Shown here: piece by piece, positions 35,128 to 49,808 of the stretch | Layout: every line of letters begins with the position of its first letter | How positions within the stretch are numbered: the stretch's first letter is position 1 | Source of the DNA: Paraspadella gotoi | Lineage: Eukaryota; Animalia; Chaetognatha | DNA length: 64,000 nucleotides | Reading direction: 5' to 3' | NCBI GenBank assembly: GCA_051294375.1 | Contig: CM119270.1 | Location: 5,278,152-5,342,151 of the forward strand | Made by a program: the position numbers and the translations under genes | Notes under the pieces: model-generated | The model's input: the letters and a program-made list of their open reading frames with translations, nothing else | Databases searched by the model: none | Told to the model about the DNA's origin: nothing

Positions 35128-36058
35128 CTAAAAATTAGTAGTAGAACTAGTATTGCAACAGTGGGATTTTCTTTGATACCAGGGGCGCAGTTTATCTCAC
35201 TAACTGGCGTATGGGTTGCGGGTCCTAAGCGACCGACTCCTGTCACTCGAATGTTTAAACCAGTCTTGTCAGTTGTCACATACATACTAGAGGTTAAGGC
35301 GGGCCAAAATTTAACATTTTTTACAATATGAAAAAGTCGGCAATAAAAGTCTTTTGTCCTTTTACAACCAAATTGACTTATGATGTTAGATTTTCATTAG
35401 ATTAACTTTCCTCATGCGTGGAAACATTTTAATATTTAACAATATATAAGAAATGCTTAAAACAATTTTTAAGAAATTTAAATTTTTAAAAATGGATTCT
35501 GTTAAAGTTTAAAAAGTTAGATAAAGGTTAGTACTACAAATTTCAAAAATTTTATTTATAAATAGGCTAAAATTTAAAAAACCTTAAAAAATCATCAACA
35601 TCATTCATTAAAGTTTATAGTTTTTGTTAATTTTAACAGATAAATCATTAAAATTTCAAAAAGTTGTATTAATAACCTTAGTCTAACTTTTAATGTTCTA
35701 TCAGAATCCGTTAAAAAAAATTAAAATTTATTAAAAAAAACTTAAATCTTAATTTTTTTTAATTTTCACGATCTTTCATAAACACATTAACAATATTTAT
35801 ACCGGACTTTTGTTAGTTTGTAACCTGTTCCGCCTTACTAGAGGTATTATGAACTATTTAAATAAGAATAATTAATACACATAAACGCAAATTTCAGAAA
35901 TTGTCAACGAAATTTTACAGCTCTTAACAATTTTTTTCTTACCCATTTTTTAAAAAAATTTTTGGAGAGCAAACATTGTCCAAACGTAATCGCTTTGTTA
36001 TTCGATCCGATCCAAGAGTGGGACGGTGAAGGTCCCCTTGAAATTCTGAATAAGGAAG

Positions 36059-36860
36059 AAACAAGTTTGAGCAAACAATGTCGGATCTTGCCTACGATAA
36101 TTAATTAATTAATTAATCGATTAATTAATTAATTAATTAAAATAATTAATTTTAATATGTAATAATTAATTTTAAATTTATATTCAACTTATCATCATCG
36201 ATGTCCTTAAAAATTGGGTTAGGACAGTTATTAAATATGTTTTGTTTACATTTTATCAAAACAAACAAATATCCTCTATTTATTTTATGTTCTCCTTCTC
36301 TCTCTCTCTCTCTCTCTCTCTTTTTCTGCAATTGCGACATTTTATGCTTTTCAGATTTTTTTTAACTTGCATCATTTTTCACATATTAATTAATTAATTA
36401 ATTCATTAATTAATTAAAACATTTATTAGTAATCATTAATATTAAAGATTCAAGTAAATGTGACTTATGTGTTTTCCATCTAAACTCATTTCCCCTGGCA
36501 CAATTCCGTCAATACTTTATATATTATTATATATTAATAAATATTTAAAAGCTTCAGTGCAACAACCCAATGAACTAATTCAAAAAGTTATATTGAAAAT
36601 CGATTTAGTAGTAAAAGGAAAAAAAAATTAAAAGAACTAGAAGTTATAAAAAGTGTTGAATTTGGCCCGCCTTACTAGATATTAGGCCTAACTAGATATA
36701 TTGCATGTGATTAAACAAATGTTATCGGAATAATAATTTATCAATTTTATGTATTTTGTAAGTATATTTTAAGTATTTTTATTCAGTGAGTAAAATAACA
36801 ACTTTTTTATTCGCTAATTTTTAATCTCGGACTCTCTCTCTTTCTATCTTTCTCTCTCTC

Positions 36861-36893
<33 letters not shown>

Positions 36894-36931
36894 TTGCAAT
36901 TGCGATGATCCTTATGCTCATTTTACTGCTG

Positions 36932-37003
<72 letters not shown>

Positions 37004-38140
37004 AATTGCGACGATCCTTATGCTTTTAGGATTTTTTTAACTTGTATCATTTTTCTGCTTCAAGTAAATGTGACTTAGGTTTTTTTCCATTTAAACTCAT
37101 TTCCACTGGCACAATTCCGTCAAAACACTTTCCTACCCGCTCACAAAATTTCATCTCAATCTATTTTGGGTTAAAATAAGTAAAAAGATTCAAGTAAATG
37201 TGACTCATATTTTTTTCATTTAAACTCATTTCCACTCGTACGTTTCCACCGAAACTTTATATCAAGCATCGATACACATTTTTCTACCACACAAAAAATT
37301 TGAACTCAATCTATCCATCCAATTATGATTAATTAGAGTACTTATTGTAAAATAAGTAAAAAAGATTTTAAGTAAATGCGACTTATGTTTTTTCCACTTA
37401 AACTCATTTCCACTCACACGATTCCGTCGAAACTTTATATCCAGCTTTATCACACACTTTCCTACCCACACACAAAATTTTCATTTCAATCCAACCAGCC
37501 AATCACGAGTTATTGGAGCTTTTTGCTAAGGTGGGACGGATGGACGGATTGATTGACTGATTAATTAATTATTGATTAATTAATTGACTAATTGATTAAT
37601 TAACTGATTAATTATTTGACTTATTAATACTTCCTGCATATACATTTAATATAAAAGGAAAAAGAAGCATAATCAATTAGTGAAACAGGTTTTTTGTTTT
37701 TTTCCATTTAAACTCATTTCCACTCAAAAGATTCCATCGAAACTTGGTTTCCTGTTCAATCACACACTTTTTCTACTCCACATACAAAATTCCAGGTCAA
37801 TCGATAATTAAGTGGTAACAAGCTATCTTGGTCAATCTTGCATAATTTAATCAACTTGCATAATTTGGTCAACTGACATAATTTGGTTAACTGACATAAT
37901 TTGGTCTACTGACATAATTTGGTCAACTGACATAATTTGGTTCAACTGACATAATTGATCAATTAAGAATAATTTGGTCAACCGGCAATAATTTGGTTAA
38001 CTGGCATAATTTTATCAACTAGCCTAATTTGGTCAACAGGCATAATTTGGTCAACTTGCAAAACTTGATTAACTTGCAGAATTTGGTCAACTGGCATAAT
38101 TTGGTCAATTAGCATAATTTGGTCAATCAAATCAATCAAT

Positions 38141-38181
<41 letters not shown>

Positions 38182-38974
38182 GAGAGAGAGAGAGAGAAAC
38201 TTTAAAAAATTCAAATAAATGTGTCTTTTGGTTTTCTAATTTGAACTCTTTTCCACTCCTACGATTCCACCAAAAAATTTTTATCCAGCTTTATCACATA
38301 CTTTCCTACCCACACACAAAATTCAATTTCGATTTATCTATCCAATTTTTAATAAACAAAATAATTTTGAATAAATTTAAGTAAAAATACTTCAAGTAAA
38401 TATGACTTTTGTTTTTTCCATTTTAACTCTTTTCCACTCGCACGATTCCATCGAAACTTTATATCCGGCTCAATCACACACTTTCCTACCATCATACAAA
38501 ATTTAAAGTCAATTGCACTATCCACTCATGAGCAATTGGCGTTCAATAGTGAAATATATTTTTTTGTTTTTTCCATTTAAACCAATTTCCACTCGCACGA
38601 TTCCCTCGAAAACTTCATATCCATCTCAATCACACAGTTTCCTACCCACACACAAAATTTCATACCAATCCATCCATCCAATCACGGGTAATTGGAGTTT
38701 TTTTGCTAAGGTGGGACGGGACGGACGGACGGACGGACGGACGGACGGACGGACGGACGGACGGACGGAACGGACGGACGGAAGGACGGACGGACGGACG
38801 GACGGACGGACGGACAGACGGACGGACGGACATCGTTTTTTTTGCATAATTTATCATAATTCGATGTTCTGACATGATATAAGTGTGTGCCCGACAATAT
38901 TGAGGGGCGGACCGACGGACCGAAAAAGTGAGTTATAGAGTCGGGATCTGCTGATAAGCAGATCCGACTAAAAA
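36059..38974 (+). mobile_element. Expanded or composite HINE-like element(s) with internal tandem units
   Basis: Same 5' end (AAACAAGTTTGAGCAAACAATGTCGGATC) and 3' hairpin; repeated AAACTCATTTCCACTC...CACACTTTCCTACCCAC units, (GGAC)n at ~38715-38830. Confidence 0.6.
37828..38125. repeat. ~18-bp minisatellite (GGTCAACTGACATAATTT)n
   Basis: About 16 degenerate tandem copies visible. Confidence 0.85.
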
Positions 38975-40254
38975 GTATATATTCGTCCCAAACACAAAAA
39001 AGAGGAAAAAACTGATAAAAGCCGAGATTATCGTTGACGATAATTTTATATTGGTTGTACCAATTTCATAAAATAACGAGGGTAATTAATAAGTGAAGGC
39101 AAATATTTGGTTGACAATAGTTTTATTAACGACGGACAATGATTAAGGTGTGGACAATAAATTGATAATTCAAATATAATTTGAAGAAGAGTTGTTTCTT
39201 GAGTTTGGATGCTGAGGAGAGTGCCTCGAGATCCCTGGGCAATCTCGGCTGTCGAGTGTCGACTCCTTAGTCTCTCTGTCAGTCATTGGTCGGTCTTAGA
39301 TTGAAATAAGGTTTTCCTATGATTCACAAGGGCGACAAGGTCCGACTATAGGTCAGTAATGATTCGATCAAAGTTTCTTCACTCTCACTGCTGAAGAGTC
39401 ACGGCGAATCGCCAATTAACATTTTAAATGAAGCCAGTTTTAAATTAACACATAAGTTATTTTATAAACAATTTATTAATGTCAAATAAAAATAATCATA
39501 AGTCACGGTCTGTAGCTTAATGTTTCTCACCATCTCACTACCTTATGAAAATTTGCAAATTACTTGTTTCACTATTTTCTATTTTTATATTTTATGAAGG
39601 ATTTAGTATTTAATCTATATTATTTAAACAAATATATATTGCTTTTTTAAAAATGTATTCCAATTACGCTAATTATTATAACATGATAGTATAATCAAGT
39701 TCGAATAAATGAACATCATAAGCAATCCTATTTTACTAGATCACACTAGTAGTAATTTTATAGTTTTCATTGTTATGACTTTTATTTCCTTACTTTCTCA
39801 TAAAGGAATTCTTCTACACTGTTAAACCTTCATTGTCATAGTTTTAATGTTTATTCCCATGTTAATGTTATTGATTAATATTATTACTGTTATTGCTTTT
39901 GCTTGTTTATGCATATATAGATGTTCTGTTTATCTGAATATCTATATGCTTTGATTATTTTATTAAGGTTTGCTTTTATTATTGAACAAATACAAAAATT
40001 TGTTCTGGAAACATTTTTATGACTAAAACAAACTAGAGAAACGCAGACACGCGTGGCGATCAGCAAACGCTCGCCACAGGTCTATTAAGTTGATGTTATG
40101 ATAAATAAAATTTTTCATATATACCATTAACGAGAACGAGTTTGACGATTACTTTTTCGCAAAGAGAAAAAAAGAAGCCGGTATCATATGAAAGATTTCT
40201 GAAGTAAGAAATTAAAGTTACTTTGATTAAAATTTAGTCAAAGTTCGAATTTAA

Positions 40255-40449
40255 AAAAACGCCGAGTCAGAAAATTTGCACAATTCTCGCAAATTGCGGC
40301 TCCACAACCAATTATATTTCTCATTGATTGGTGGGACCAATCAGAGCTAAAAAATATGAAGCTGCTCCAAATGCACTCTGCTTCGTGGACAAAATACCAG
40401 CAGCTCCTCGAAGGAAACTTACGTAGTATTTCATTTCTGAAGAAATATT
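40255..40449. promoter_or_regulatory. Conserved upstream block of paralogue A (putative promoter)
   Basis: Aligns by eye to 59411-59584: AAAAACGC..AGTCAGAAAATTT.CACAATTCTC, CCAATCAGAG, GCTGCT..GCTTCG, TTTCTGA.GAAATATT. Contains TTCTCGCAA (40284-40292) and TTCTGAAGAA (40435-40444). Confidence 0.55.
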
Positions 40450-40984
40450 ACGAGCAAAAAAAGAGAAAAAACTGGTTTGAGGAATAGAAAAAAAGGACAC
40501 TCCTAAACTTAACTCATGTTGTATTCCTAAGCTTCACTCATGTTGTATTCCTGGATTTATAATGATATTTTAGGTAAATATGGTCATCAAAAGAAAAACA
40601 ATTGGTGCAAATTTTGTTATAATTAATTCAGGACAATAATATTGAGTTAGACAAATTTTTTTCACAAATTTGGTTACAATTTGTAAAGGACTGTAGTAGT
40701 TAATTAGAGAATATTTCCGAATCTGTAGCGATTTGCAATCAAATAAGACAGGCAGCAAGACAGACAAAGGAAAAAATAATAGGCAACCAGGGAGAGAAAG
40801 AGAGAGACAAACAACAAGCTCAAAGTCGGAAGTCGAAAAACTAACTAATAACAGTTGCACTGACAGACAAAGGGACAGATAGAAAAATATCGATATGCTG
40901 GCTTATTTTTATTATTCAATTATTCAAAAACATAATAAAATCTTTGATGAAAGGAAAAAGAAAATGAGAGAGAGAGATAGAGAG

Positions 40985-41157
40985 AGAGAGAGACCTGCAG
41001 TTACCAAGGTGCCCTGTCATCTGACACGCAATGTCTGTCTCCCTGTTTTTTTTAGCTCTCCATGGAATCTTGGTATTTTCTTTTTTTTTTCCACATTCGC
41101 TAATGGGAAAAAAATTTACTAACTCACCAAATTATTTTTAATATTTTATTTTTGAAA

Positions 41158-41211
<54 letters not shown>

Positions 41212-44200
41212 AAAGGGAGCTATGATGCTCCGGCGCCGAAAATCCGATAGGTTGATTCCGGAACTCGACGACTCCAAACTAGAATCGGCGCCAATTTTAA
41301 GAACAACAACAACGACGACGCCCGAAACTCCAACCGACGAGACTTCCAGCGCCGGAAATCGGCGCGAAACCAAAACCGGCGTCAAATCGAAGATTCGGCG
41401 TTTTTTACTACAATTTCATCGAGGATCGACTTTGCGGGAGGACGACGACGACAACGTCGACAAGGACAAAGTCGACAAGGACAACGTCGACAAGGAAAAC
41501 GACAAAAAAGGTAAAATAGATCGACGAATGACGAAGAACGAAAAATTACGAATTTCGAATCTCATCGTTTCCAACTTTATGTAAAAGAAAAAACAACCAA
41601 ACATAAGCAAACAAATTTTCAAAAAACATAGAAGTAAACGAAAAAAAAAATCAACGAAACTCACTCAACATAAGTAAGAGGAAATCGAAAGAGAGCAGAG
41701 ACAGAGACTAGGAATCTGAATCTCGACATCTAGCGAATCATACGTCTCTCTCTCACTCTCTCTTCCGCGTTCCATTCTCCTTCGTGACCCTATCTCGTTA
41801 CTTTCTCCCATCCCCGAACCCCTCCAAACGAGCAAAATCCAAAATTCCCGAGTCCGATATAATTCCAGCAGATCGAAGGTTTGCCTCAAAGAGAGAAGAG
41901 AGTAAATGTTTGGTCTTCCACATGTCCCCCATCTGTACAACAATCCGTTCTTGTCATTGTCAATACCATCTCTAATCCTCTCACTGAAGCTCCCCACTGT
42001 CCTCCCTCTGCCGTCGTCATCAAGCCCTGCATTCCATCTGTATCCCACCCATCTTCTCTTTACCCAATCCCTCTTCCTCTCTACTAAAGTTACGGAGTCC
42101 ATCTATTATCAATCATCTTTTCGATTCATAAAAAGATTCGTTACTATATTACAGGCGTCAACTGACCTTCCGACGATACGCTGCAATGAAATCATTATTT
42201 GAAAGATAAATGGCATCTAATAATATTCTGAAGTTCAATTATCAAACAAACTAATACTGTCTCTTCGCTTTTTCCCTTCCCGTTTCCTATCTTCAGGCTT
42301 CTCCCCCTTGTTCTTCCTGCTTGCCTTCCCTGCTTCCTGCCTACTTCATATTGTTCCCCTCATTTGTCTCCCTAACTATTCCCCTGCCTTCCCTTTTTCA
42401 CTTCCCCTTTCCCTTCCCAATCGGGCTTCAGGCCATTTTGTTCCAGAACTAAAAAACAACAACAAAAAAAAAAAAAAAAAAGAAATAAATTGTCCTCATA
42501 AAACTGGAGACCGAAAGAATAAACCGAGTCCAGGAAAACATATCAAGAACGAAGGAAATAAAAAACTTTTAAAAATCAAAAACAAGAAAAGAAAATAAAA
42601 GAAACTGATAAAAAAAATTAATCGTTTTTAAAAATCGCTATCGTATTCAGACGAGAAAATCGATTCGCGTCAAAACAAATGACGTCTATTTCAAAAAAGT
42701 GTGAAGGCCTCAATGGGCGCCCAAATTAAGACCGCCGCCCCAAAAAAAAAAGAATAGTGCGATACCAATGCGCCGTAGACGTAATATCGGCGCGTCACGG
42801 CGTTCCTGCGGTCAGCGGGTAAGTGGCGTTCAACCTTCCTAACCATCCCCTCTCCCCAACGCGCCAATGCAGATCTCCATCGACTACAACAAATCCTCGC
42901 TCTAGAGTACTTCCACCGTTAAGAGCAACTCGTCGAAGATTTTGTCAAGAAACTCAACGACGACGACGACACGACGGACACACGTTGCCGGAAATCGGCC
43001 CCGCGTACCCCGCTGTCCCGGCTCACGGCCGGCTGCGCGGCTACCGAAAATCCGGAATCGGGCTGCCGATATCTGCCGCCACGGCGAGAATCGATTAGTT
43101 GGAGTGGCGGCGGATAATTGTAAAATATGAGAAAAAAAAAAGATTTAAATACGAGTTATTTGGGGTTAGGCTTCTTCTTAAACCGGCTGACAAAATTTGT
43201 GTTTCATTTAAAAATTCAGAGTGACAGTAATCTGAATTCATCTAATTGTTATAATTGTTATTTCTTCACTAATGCTAACCTTACCCAATATATACAGCTC
43301 TTTTATTCTAGATTATGAGCTGTTATACGTTTGTTCTCTTCGTCGACATTTACAATTACTAATCGAATTCTCACCCCCACGGGCTTCGTAATATTAACCG
43401 TTTCTTCTTCTCGATCGATTCGAGCTTCTCTAAAGAAGCACGACGACCACGAGGCCGACGACGATTCGACGACGAGTCTACGAGCGAAAGAGAAGACGAC
43501 GACGACGACGGACCCTTACCCGCGCGAATTCTAAAGAAAGCGCGGCCCGTGTCTCGCCCAACTGCCGTTCTCTCAGGCGCCCGGAGTTGAGGGCGGCGTT
43601 GAAAGCGGGACTCGGGGTCCAAATTGGCCGCAGAGGTAAGCACGTGGCGGGCCCGGTCGGAATCTCTTCGCCGATGAGTCTCGTTGCAAAAGGGCAGGGT
43701 CAGAGGCGCCGCAGGCAGACCAACGTCACGACGGTGGCGGCTCAAGGATCCCGCCCTCACGCAGAAGACGAAAAGAGAGAGCGGCGACGTTTTCCTCCGA
43801 CGCCAGCGACGACGCCAGAGCCGGCGCCTTTTTGACGGAATCCGGCGCGGCGGCGGGATTTCGGCGAAGCGGAGCGTCGAATATGCAGCGGACGTAGGCG
43901 GCTGGCTCGCGGCGTCCGTCGTCGGTCCAGCGTTGTGAGCTTGTGGTTTTCGAGAACATTGCTTGAAGGTTTAAAATGTCAATATAGAAATTTAACATTT
44001 TTTTAAAATTCTTTAAACACCAAAAATAAGTATTTAACAAATCAGAAGAACAGTAACAGTTGTTTTAAAGATTGGAAAACAAGTAAAAACTTAAACTATT
44101 TAAATTCAACCAATAACAAAGAACACTAATGTTTAAAATAAATCATGAATATAAAATCAATTGAACATGATTCATAAAAAACGATGAAATATTAACGTTA

Positions 44201-44554
44201 CATAGACTAACTGGAACCGAACCAAAGCCCGAGGTTTTTTTATATATTCTTATACCGGACAAGGCTAGAAATGATGCAATATTGTTAATATGTAAGTTTC
44301 AAAAAATACCGACTATAAAATAAGAAAATATTAACCAAATCTTCGGAAAATTTCCCCTTCTTGGAAGATTTTCGCCATGAAAATTTTCCCAATCTGCACT
44401 CCCGGTTGAAAACCTAGAATTCCGATCGTTATAGCTCCCTCTTTTACTTTACTTTAAAATAAAAATTTCACCAAATGACTAATTCACTTATACCCATGAT
44501 CGTATCATATTCAAAATAAACCTAAAAATTGTAAAGAAAAGATTGAGAGCCTTC
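40985..44554 (+). repeat. ~3.6 kb block duplicated at 60270-64000 (copy 1)
   Basis: Colinear similarity along the whole length, differing mostly by 1-3 nt indels. Confidence 0.9.
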
Positions 44555-45314
44555 ATACACTATTGCCAAAGGATTCAAATAACCTCATTTGTTGTTTTCA
44601 AGAAAAAAATCCCTTTCATTTCTATATAAAAATCAGAGAGGAAAATTTCTCGTCAGAGCAGTCTATTTGTTCTGGGTTGGTTGATATCAAGATGTGAATG
44701 ATATTGACAGGAGAAACAAAAATGCGACCTCAGATGCAACAGGATCGGAACCTCAAGTGTTTTTACATCGATTAATTTACCAGAATTTACCAGGAGAATA
44801 AGGTTGTGTGTGGTTTGAGTGTGATCCCGTTGTGTGTGTATATTTTTAGGAAGTCAAGAAGGTAGACATTGAACGAAAATCTCCAGGGGTAAAAAGTTCT
44901 TCCTCGATCTCTAAGAACGACGTAGACTCCTAAACGTTCAAGAACGTTCAGGATCAAATTTCAAAATCATAAAAAACTAGAATTGAGATTTGTTCTTTTA
45001 ATCTTTTTTTATTAATAACCTAAACCAATATTAACATAATTAAAAAACACAAACGGTATCATCAACAGGGACTGGCACACGGTATTCATTTTTATTTATT
45101 ACTATATGTATCTTTACAATATATGCATTCAAACTTGAATATTTTTTTTCTTTAAACAAAATTGGAATTACTCAATAATTGAAAAAAAAAAGAATACAAA
45201 AACAACAGTATCAATAAAACGTAAAAAGACTGGAACTGTAATCCCGCGAGGTTATACTTTTAAAAAGTTATAAAACTAATTTAAAATAGTTTTTAAAGAA
45301 CTCGAATCGCTTAC

Positions 45315-46484
45315 CAACTCAACTTGAATAAGGTTTCGCTCCGGAATCGAAGGACCGCAGCGCGCCTTCATCCCTCGACGGCCGTCGCAGCGGGCCCGCG
45401 TAGTGTCCTTCCGGTGTCGCAACCTCTCGTCGTTATCGAGGAGGCGTCGACGCCCGGCGCTCGGCGTCGAAAGAGCGGCGCCGTCTGACGAGCGAGGAAA
45501 GAGGCGAAAGGAATACTTTGATTCGAATCCTTACAGGAAGTTCACGACCGTGAAGGGAGAGAGGTTCGTGGCCAGAGAAGGGAGGAGGAGGAACGTCGGA
45601 AGTGCCGGAGGAATTCAGGTGTGGAAGGGGGGCGGGGAAGGAAATTAACGGGCCTGTACGAAAAGATGTATATATTGAATTGATGGGTAATCTATTGACT
45701 ATTGACTATTGGGTTTAAAATATACATATTCGCGGTCAAATAGTACTTGAGGGAAGTGCGTATTTTTATATTGAACTAAATTCATTAATCGGGAATTATA
45801 TATATTCCGCGGTCAAATGAGGTACTTCACGTCGGGTACTTTTTTATATTGAACTAATTCATTAATCGGGAAGCCAGGCCCCGCTTCTGGTAGTAATAAA
45901 CACTTACAGTGAGAGTTTTGATTGAAAGTTTACCTTTGGCAAGCCCGCTAAACATCATGGCTGACCCAAAATTAGCAGCAAGATATTCTGTATTCATTGA
46001 ATGATGCGCCAATGCTAATGGGACGCTTTGGGAAAATTTAAGCCCAGTTATAGTTTATACTCACTGAGGAAAAAAACTATAACTGATCTGGACAATGCTT
46101 TTTTTTTCAAAATCCTTTTATTTTCTTTAACTTTCCTTTTATCGTTTCATATTCCCCCTCTTCAACTTCGAACTACGACCCAAGCCCACCTGCGTCCAAG
46201 GAACTCGTCATGACCCCGCGTTGTCCGGCCGACGTCAACAGAGAGGAGCTCCAGATCACGAGCGACTCAATTCTCCGTCTACCAGTCGAACCCCTGGGGC
46301 TGCGGCGCGGCGGCGCGCACGGGAGGCCGCAGCGGCACGAGGCGCGGCGGCCGGACCAGCCGATGCCGAGGCTGTGGCGCGGGCGGCGTCGCCTCCCGTT
46401 CCAGTCGAAGTCGCTCGGAGACGGTGAGAAGGATCAAGTGGGCTACGCGTGTCGCCACCGAGGAGGTGAGGGCGGGACCGTGGC
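45315..46484 (-). pseudogene. Two GC-rich exon-like segments, possibly fibronectin type III repeats, frame broken
   Basis: Splice-like ends (GTAAGC ~45314, GTGGGC ~46190); fragments HSLGIGWS, FDW and FTVVNFL.GFESKYSFRL resemble FN3 strands; no clean frame. Confidence 0.25.
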
Positions 46485-47873
46485 TGCTGTTGTTATTTTA
46501 GCTTTGTCTTCTGTATTGGTTTTTTAAAAATGTGTTAGTTGATCTCGATTCTAATTACTCGTTGCCATAAATGCGGCCTATCTCCAGTCGAAAGGAGGTG
46601 CATAGATTTTTTTTTTACGTAGAAAGATATTTTTTCTGTTTGTCATAAATATTGATTGAGATATGAGAGGAGAGAAGAGCAGAGAGATAGAGGAGATGAG
46701 GAGAGAGAGAGAGAGAGAAGAGAGAGATAGAGAAGAGAGAGAGAGACGCAGAGAGAGAGAGAGAAGAGAGAGAGAGAGAACGGGGACAAGTTTAATGCAA
46801 GAGAATGAGAAAAGGCTTTAGCATAGTAACATTCGAAATATGAAGAACCGAATAAAAAATAATTAGGTCTTCGTTGGTTTGCACTTGACAAGAGAATAGA
46901 TGAACTGTTCTGCTTTTCGTATATGTATATTGTTATAACCTAAACAACGCCTGAGACCCAAGACCGGAATGTACGATAGATTAACGAAAACGAAAGGTGT
47001 CAACGTAGACTGCGAGACGAATACAATGTCAAACAGATGACAGCTAGAAAAAACTCTAAACTCAGTTAATAAATGAATCTAAAATTTTTTGAAATATTAA
47101 AACATTTGCGGTCAACGACCGACTCGGCCCATTTCTCCTGTGATCCCTTGTCTCTCTCTCTTCCTCTCTCTATCGCCTCATCGATATTCCGTTCTGTTTG
47201 TTTTTAAAATTATATAAAAAATGGCGGGAAACAAAAAAAAAAAAAAAAAAAAAATTGGATTCTCTTTTTTTGGCGATGAGCGACCGATTTGCAAAGACCG
47301 ATATTATTGTTGACTTTGTTCATTATAGTCGTCGTCGATGTCAATGTCCTCTTGTTTGTATGGCGAAGCATCGGTCTTAGTGCTGCACTGTCGTGTTCAC
47401 TCCTCCCAGTCCAAGACGCGAAGTCGATCCCTTAATCCGATTGCATATTGGAGACAACATCATGGTCGTGGCTTCTGGAGCTTATTGTTGACGAAAGAGA
47501 ATTATGGTTCTCAGAAAAGATAAGCCACAAAACCGAGCCACAAAAAAAATAAAGCCCTTACGCAATTTGCTAACATATATTCTCGGATAGAAATTAGAAT
47601 AATTATAAATTTGTTTCAAGATATTCTTCTATTAATTTCTTTCCTTGTCTTTCCCTTTTTTTTTTATTCAAAATACAACTCCTGCTGTCATTGTGTTTCC
47701 TTTGTCATTGCCTTGTCATATCCCAGATTCGGAATCAACCTCGCTTTTTTTCAGATTATTTCCCGTCCTTTTCGATTTTCTGTTCTTAATCAAACATCCC
47801 AAATTCAAATCCAATATCCATGATCCTCCCGCCGTCTGGCGTCCTAGACTGGTCGTTTCCCGACCGCCGCCGC

Positions 47874-47904
<31 letters not shown>

Positions 47905-49808
47905 GCCGCCGCCGCCGCCGCCGGCGTCCGTCAGAATCGCCGTCAATATCTCCAGCTGTAGTCGATGTCAGTCTGGAAAGCCGCGTTGCCATGAGACGGA
48001 CGCTGCATTGAGAGCGCTGGAGGGCGGCTGAGGCGCTGAGTGGTGGCCGGCTTCATCAGCTGTAATATTTATCTTTTCTTTCTTTGTTTCTCCGTCGTCT
48101 TTCCTTTTCGTTTGCTGAGACAGAGTCCATTTTGCCTTTCGCGTCAGCACTCGGTTTCGCGTTCCTTGCATCCTTCCAGTTGCTACCTTAAAAAATGTAT
48201 TGATTAACTCTGTCTCTCTGCTTGCCGCTCATTCTTTCTCTCAATCTTCATTTTCTCAACTCCTTCCCACTCCACTCCCCCCCCTTCTCCCCGGTTGTGC
48301 AATTTCTGACCTCGCGTCGAAGACAAAATCGATATTACGCCCACGATTTTATAGGAGAAAAGTCCGACTTAACCTTGATTCTACGAGACCCAAGCGAGCC
48401 ATTTGAAATTCTGCAAAGAGTCACCCTTGGACCGTGATTAATGGGGAGGAGGTCTTTTCGGATTTTAGAGCGTGCCAAATTACAAAGTCAATTTAGCGGC
48501 CCGCACTGTTATGATATATTTTCACATCGCCTTCACATCCATCATCGTTCAGCCCATTTCCATTGGCTCAAGAGGGGAACGCACCATCCCAGGCGATGCG
48601 TTCCATCCTCGATCCTCAGTGACAGGAGGCGTCACTCAGGTCGCGAAGCCCCCAAACCAACGAGTGAGATGCCCATCCCAATGAGCATCACTGTAACCCC
48701 GCTGTGCCATGATCATCATAATATCGGAATCAGTCCCAAAAAGTGGGCCTCGTGTCGTTCTGCCAACGATTTTCCTGGTAATTTCTTGTTCCGGATGGAA
48801 TTACCCCATAAATCGAGGGAGTCTCGGCCGCCCCATTTTTCCGTTGATTCCATCTCGTCGGTTCTTTCTTCCTGAATCGATTTTTCGATTCTTTCCGCCG
48901 ATTTTATTCGACCAATTTAATTCCCAAATTTGGTTCCCCAAGTTTTCATTTCACTAATTTAATTAATTTATTCTCATGGCCCGTTTTGATTAAAAATTTT
49001 CAATATTCAATATTGTTCATAGAAATCCTGTCTTTTCCAGATTCAAGGAAAATTCTGCAACATCGGTAAATAAGATGCTAATTCTTTTTACAAATGATGA
49101 ATATACATCTCTCTCTTNNNNNNNNNNNNNNNNNNNNNNNNNNNNNNNNNNNNNNNNNNNNNNNNNNNNNNNNNNNNNNNNNNNNNNNNNNNNNNNNNNN
49201 NNNNNNNNNNNNNNNNNTTATTATGAACAAGATCACATTGACAATTATGCATGAATCATCCTTTAATACGTAGTTAAGTTCTAAAACAAAAGTTAATTTT
49301 AAACAAATTTTACAGGAACAAAAACATGTTTGTGGGTCCTTGTCACATAATTGTATATATGTTGAGTCATATTCTTAATACATAGTAATAAAATTTCATA
49401 TGCGCATCGAGGGTGAAAAGAGTAAGTTTTATAAAATAAAAATATTTGCTTCAAATTTAAAANNNNNNNNNNNNNNNNNNNNNNNNNNNNNNNNNNNNNN
49501 NNNNNNNNNNNNNNNNNNNNNNNNNNNNNNNNNNNNNNNNNNNNNNNNNNNNNNNNNNNNNNNNNNNNNNNNNNNNNNNNNNNNNNNNNNNNNNNNNNNN
49601 NNNNNNNNNNNNNNNNNNNNNNNNNNNNNNNNNNNNNNNNNNNNNNNNNNNNNNNNNNNNNNNNNNNNNNNNNNNNNNNNNNNNNNNNNNNNACAAAATA
49701 CACAAACATAAATTATAATAATCTGAGTCATTTGATTGATATATAATTTCTGAAAAAATGAAAGACAGTTTTTAATGCAAAGAGACACTACCAACAGTAA
49801 GTTTGTAT

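Noticed and set aside
35180-36675. Extra paralogue A exon at 35180-35285 and a possible MITE bounded by TAAGGCGGGCCAAA/TTTGGCCCGCCTTA
   Set aside because: The exon is phase-compatible but has no counterpart in B and abuts the repeat end; the IR pair overlaps a HINE-like element inconsistently, so neither was called.
37828-38125. Regular short repeats resembling a CRISPR array (also 33225-34012)
   Set aside because: Head-to-tail minisatellites without unique spacers, eukaryotic context, no cas genes.
41222-42202. ORFs 41222-41584 and 41665-42102 (counterparts at 60532-61440)
   Set aside because: Possibly exons of a neighbouring gene, but frames differ between the two copies because of indels and no family is recognisable.
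45505-45530. FESKYSF on the minus strand resembling the WIP/WIRE WASP-binding motif
   Set aside because: The following Pro-rich and YPSK residues are absent; an FN3-like strand or chance match is as likely.
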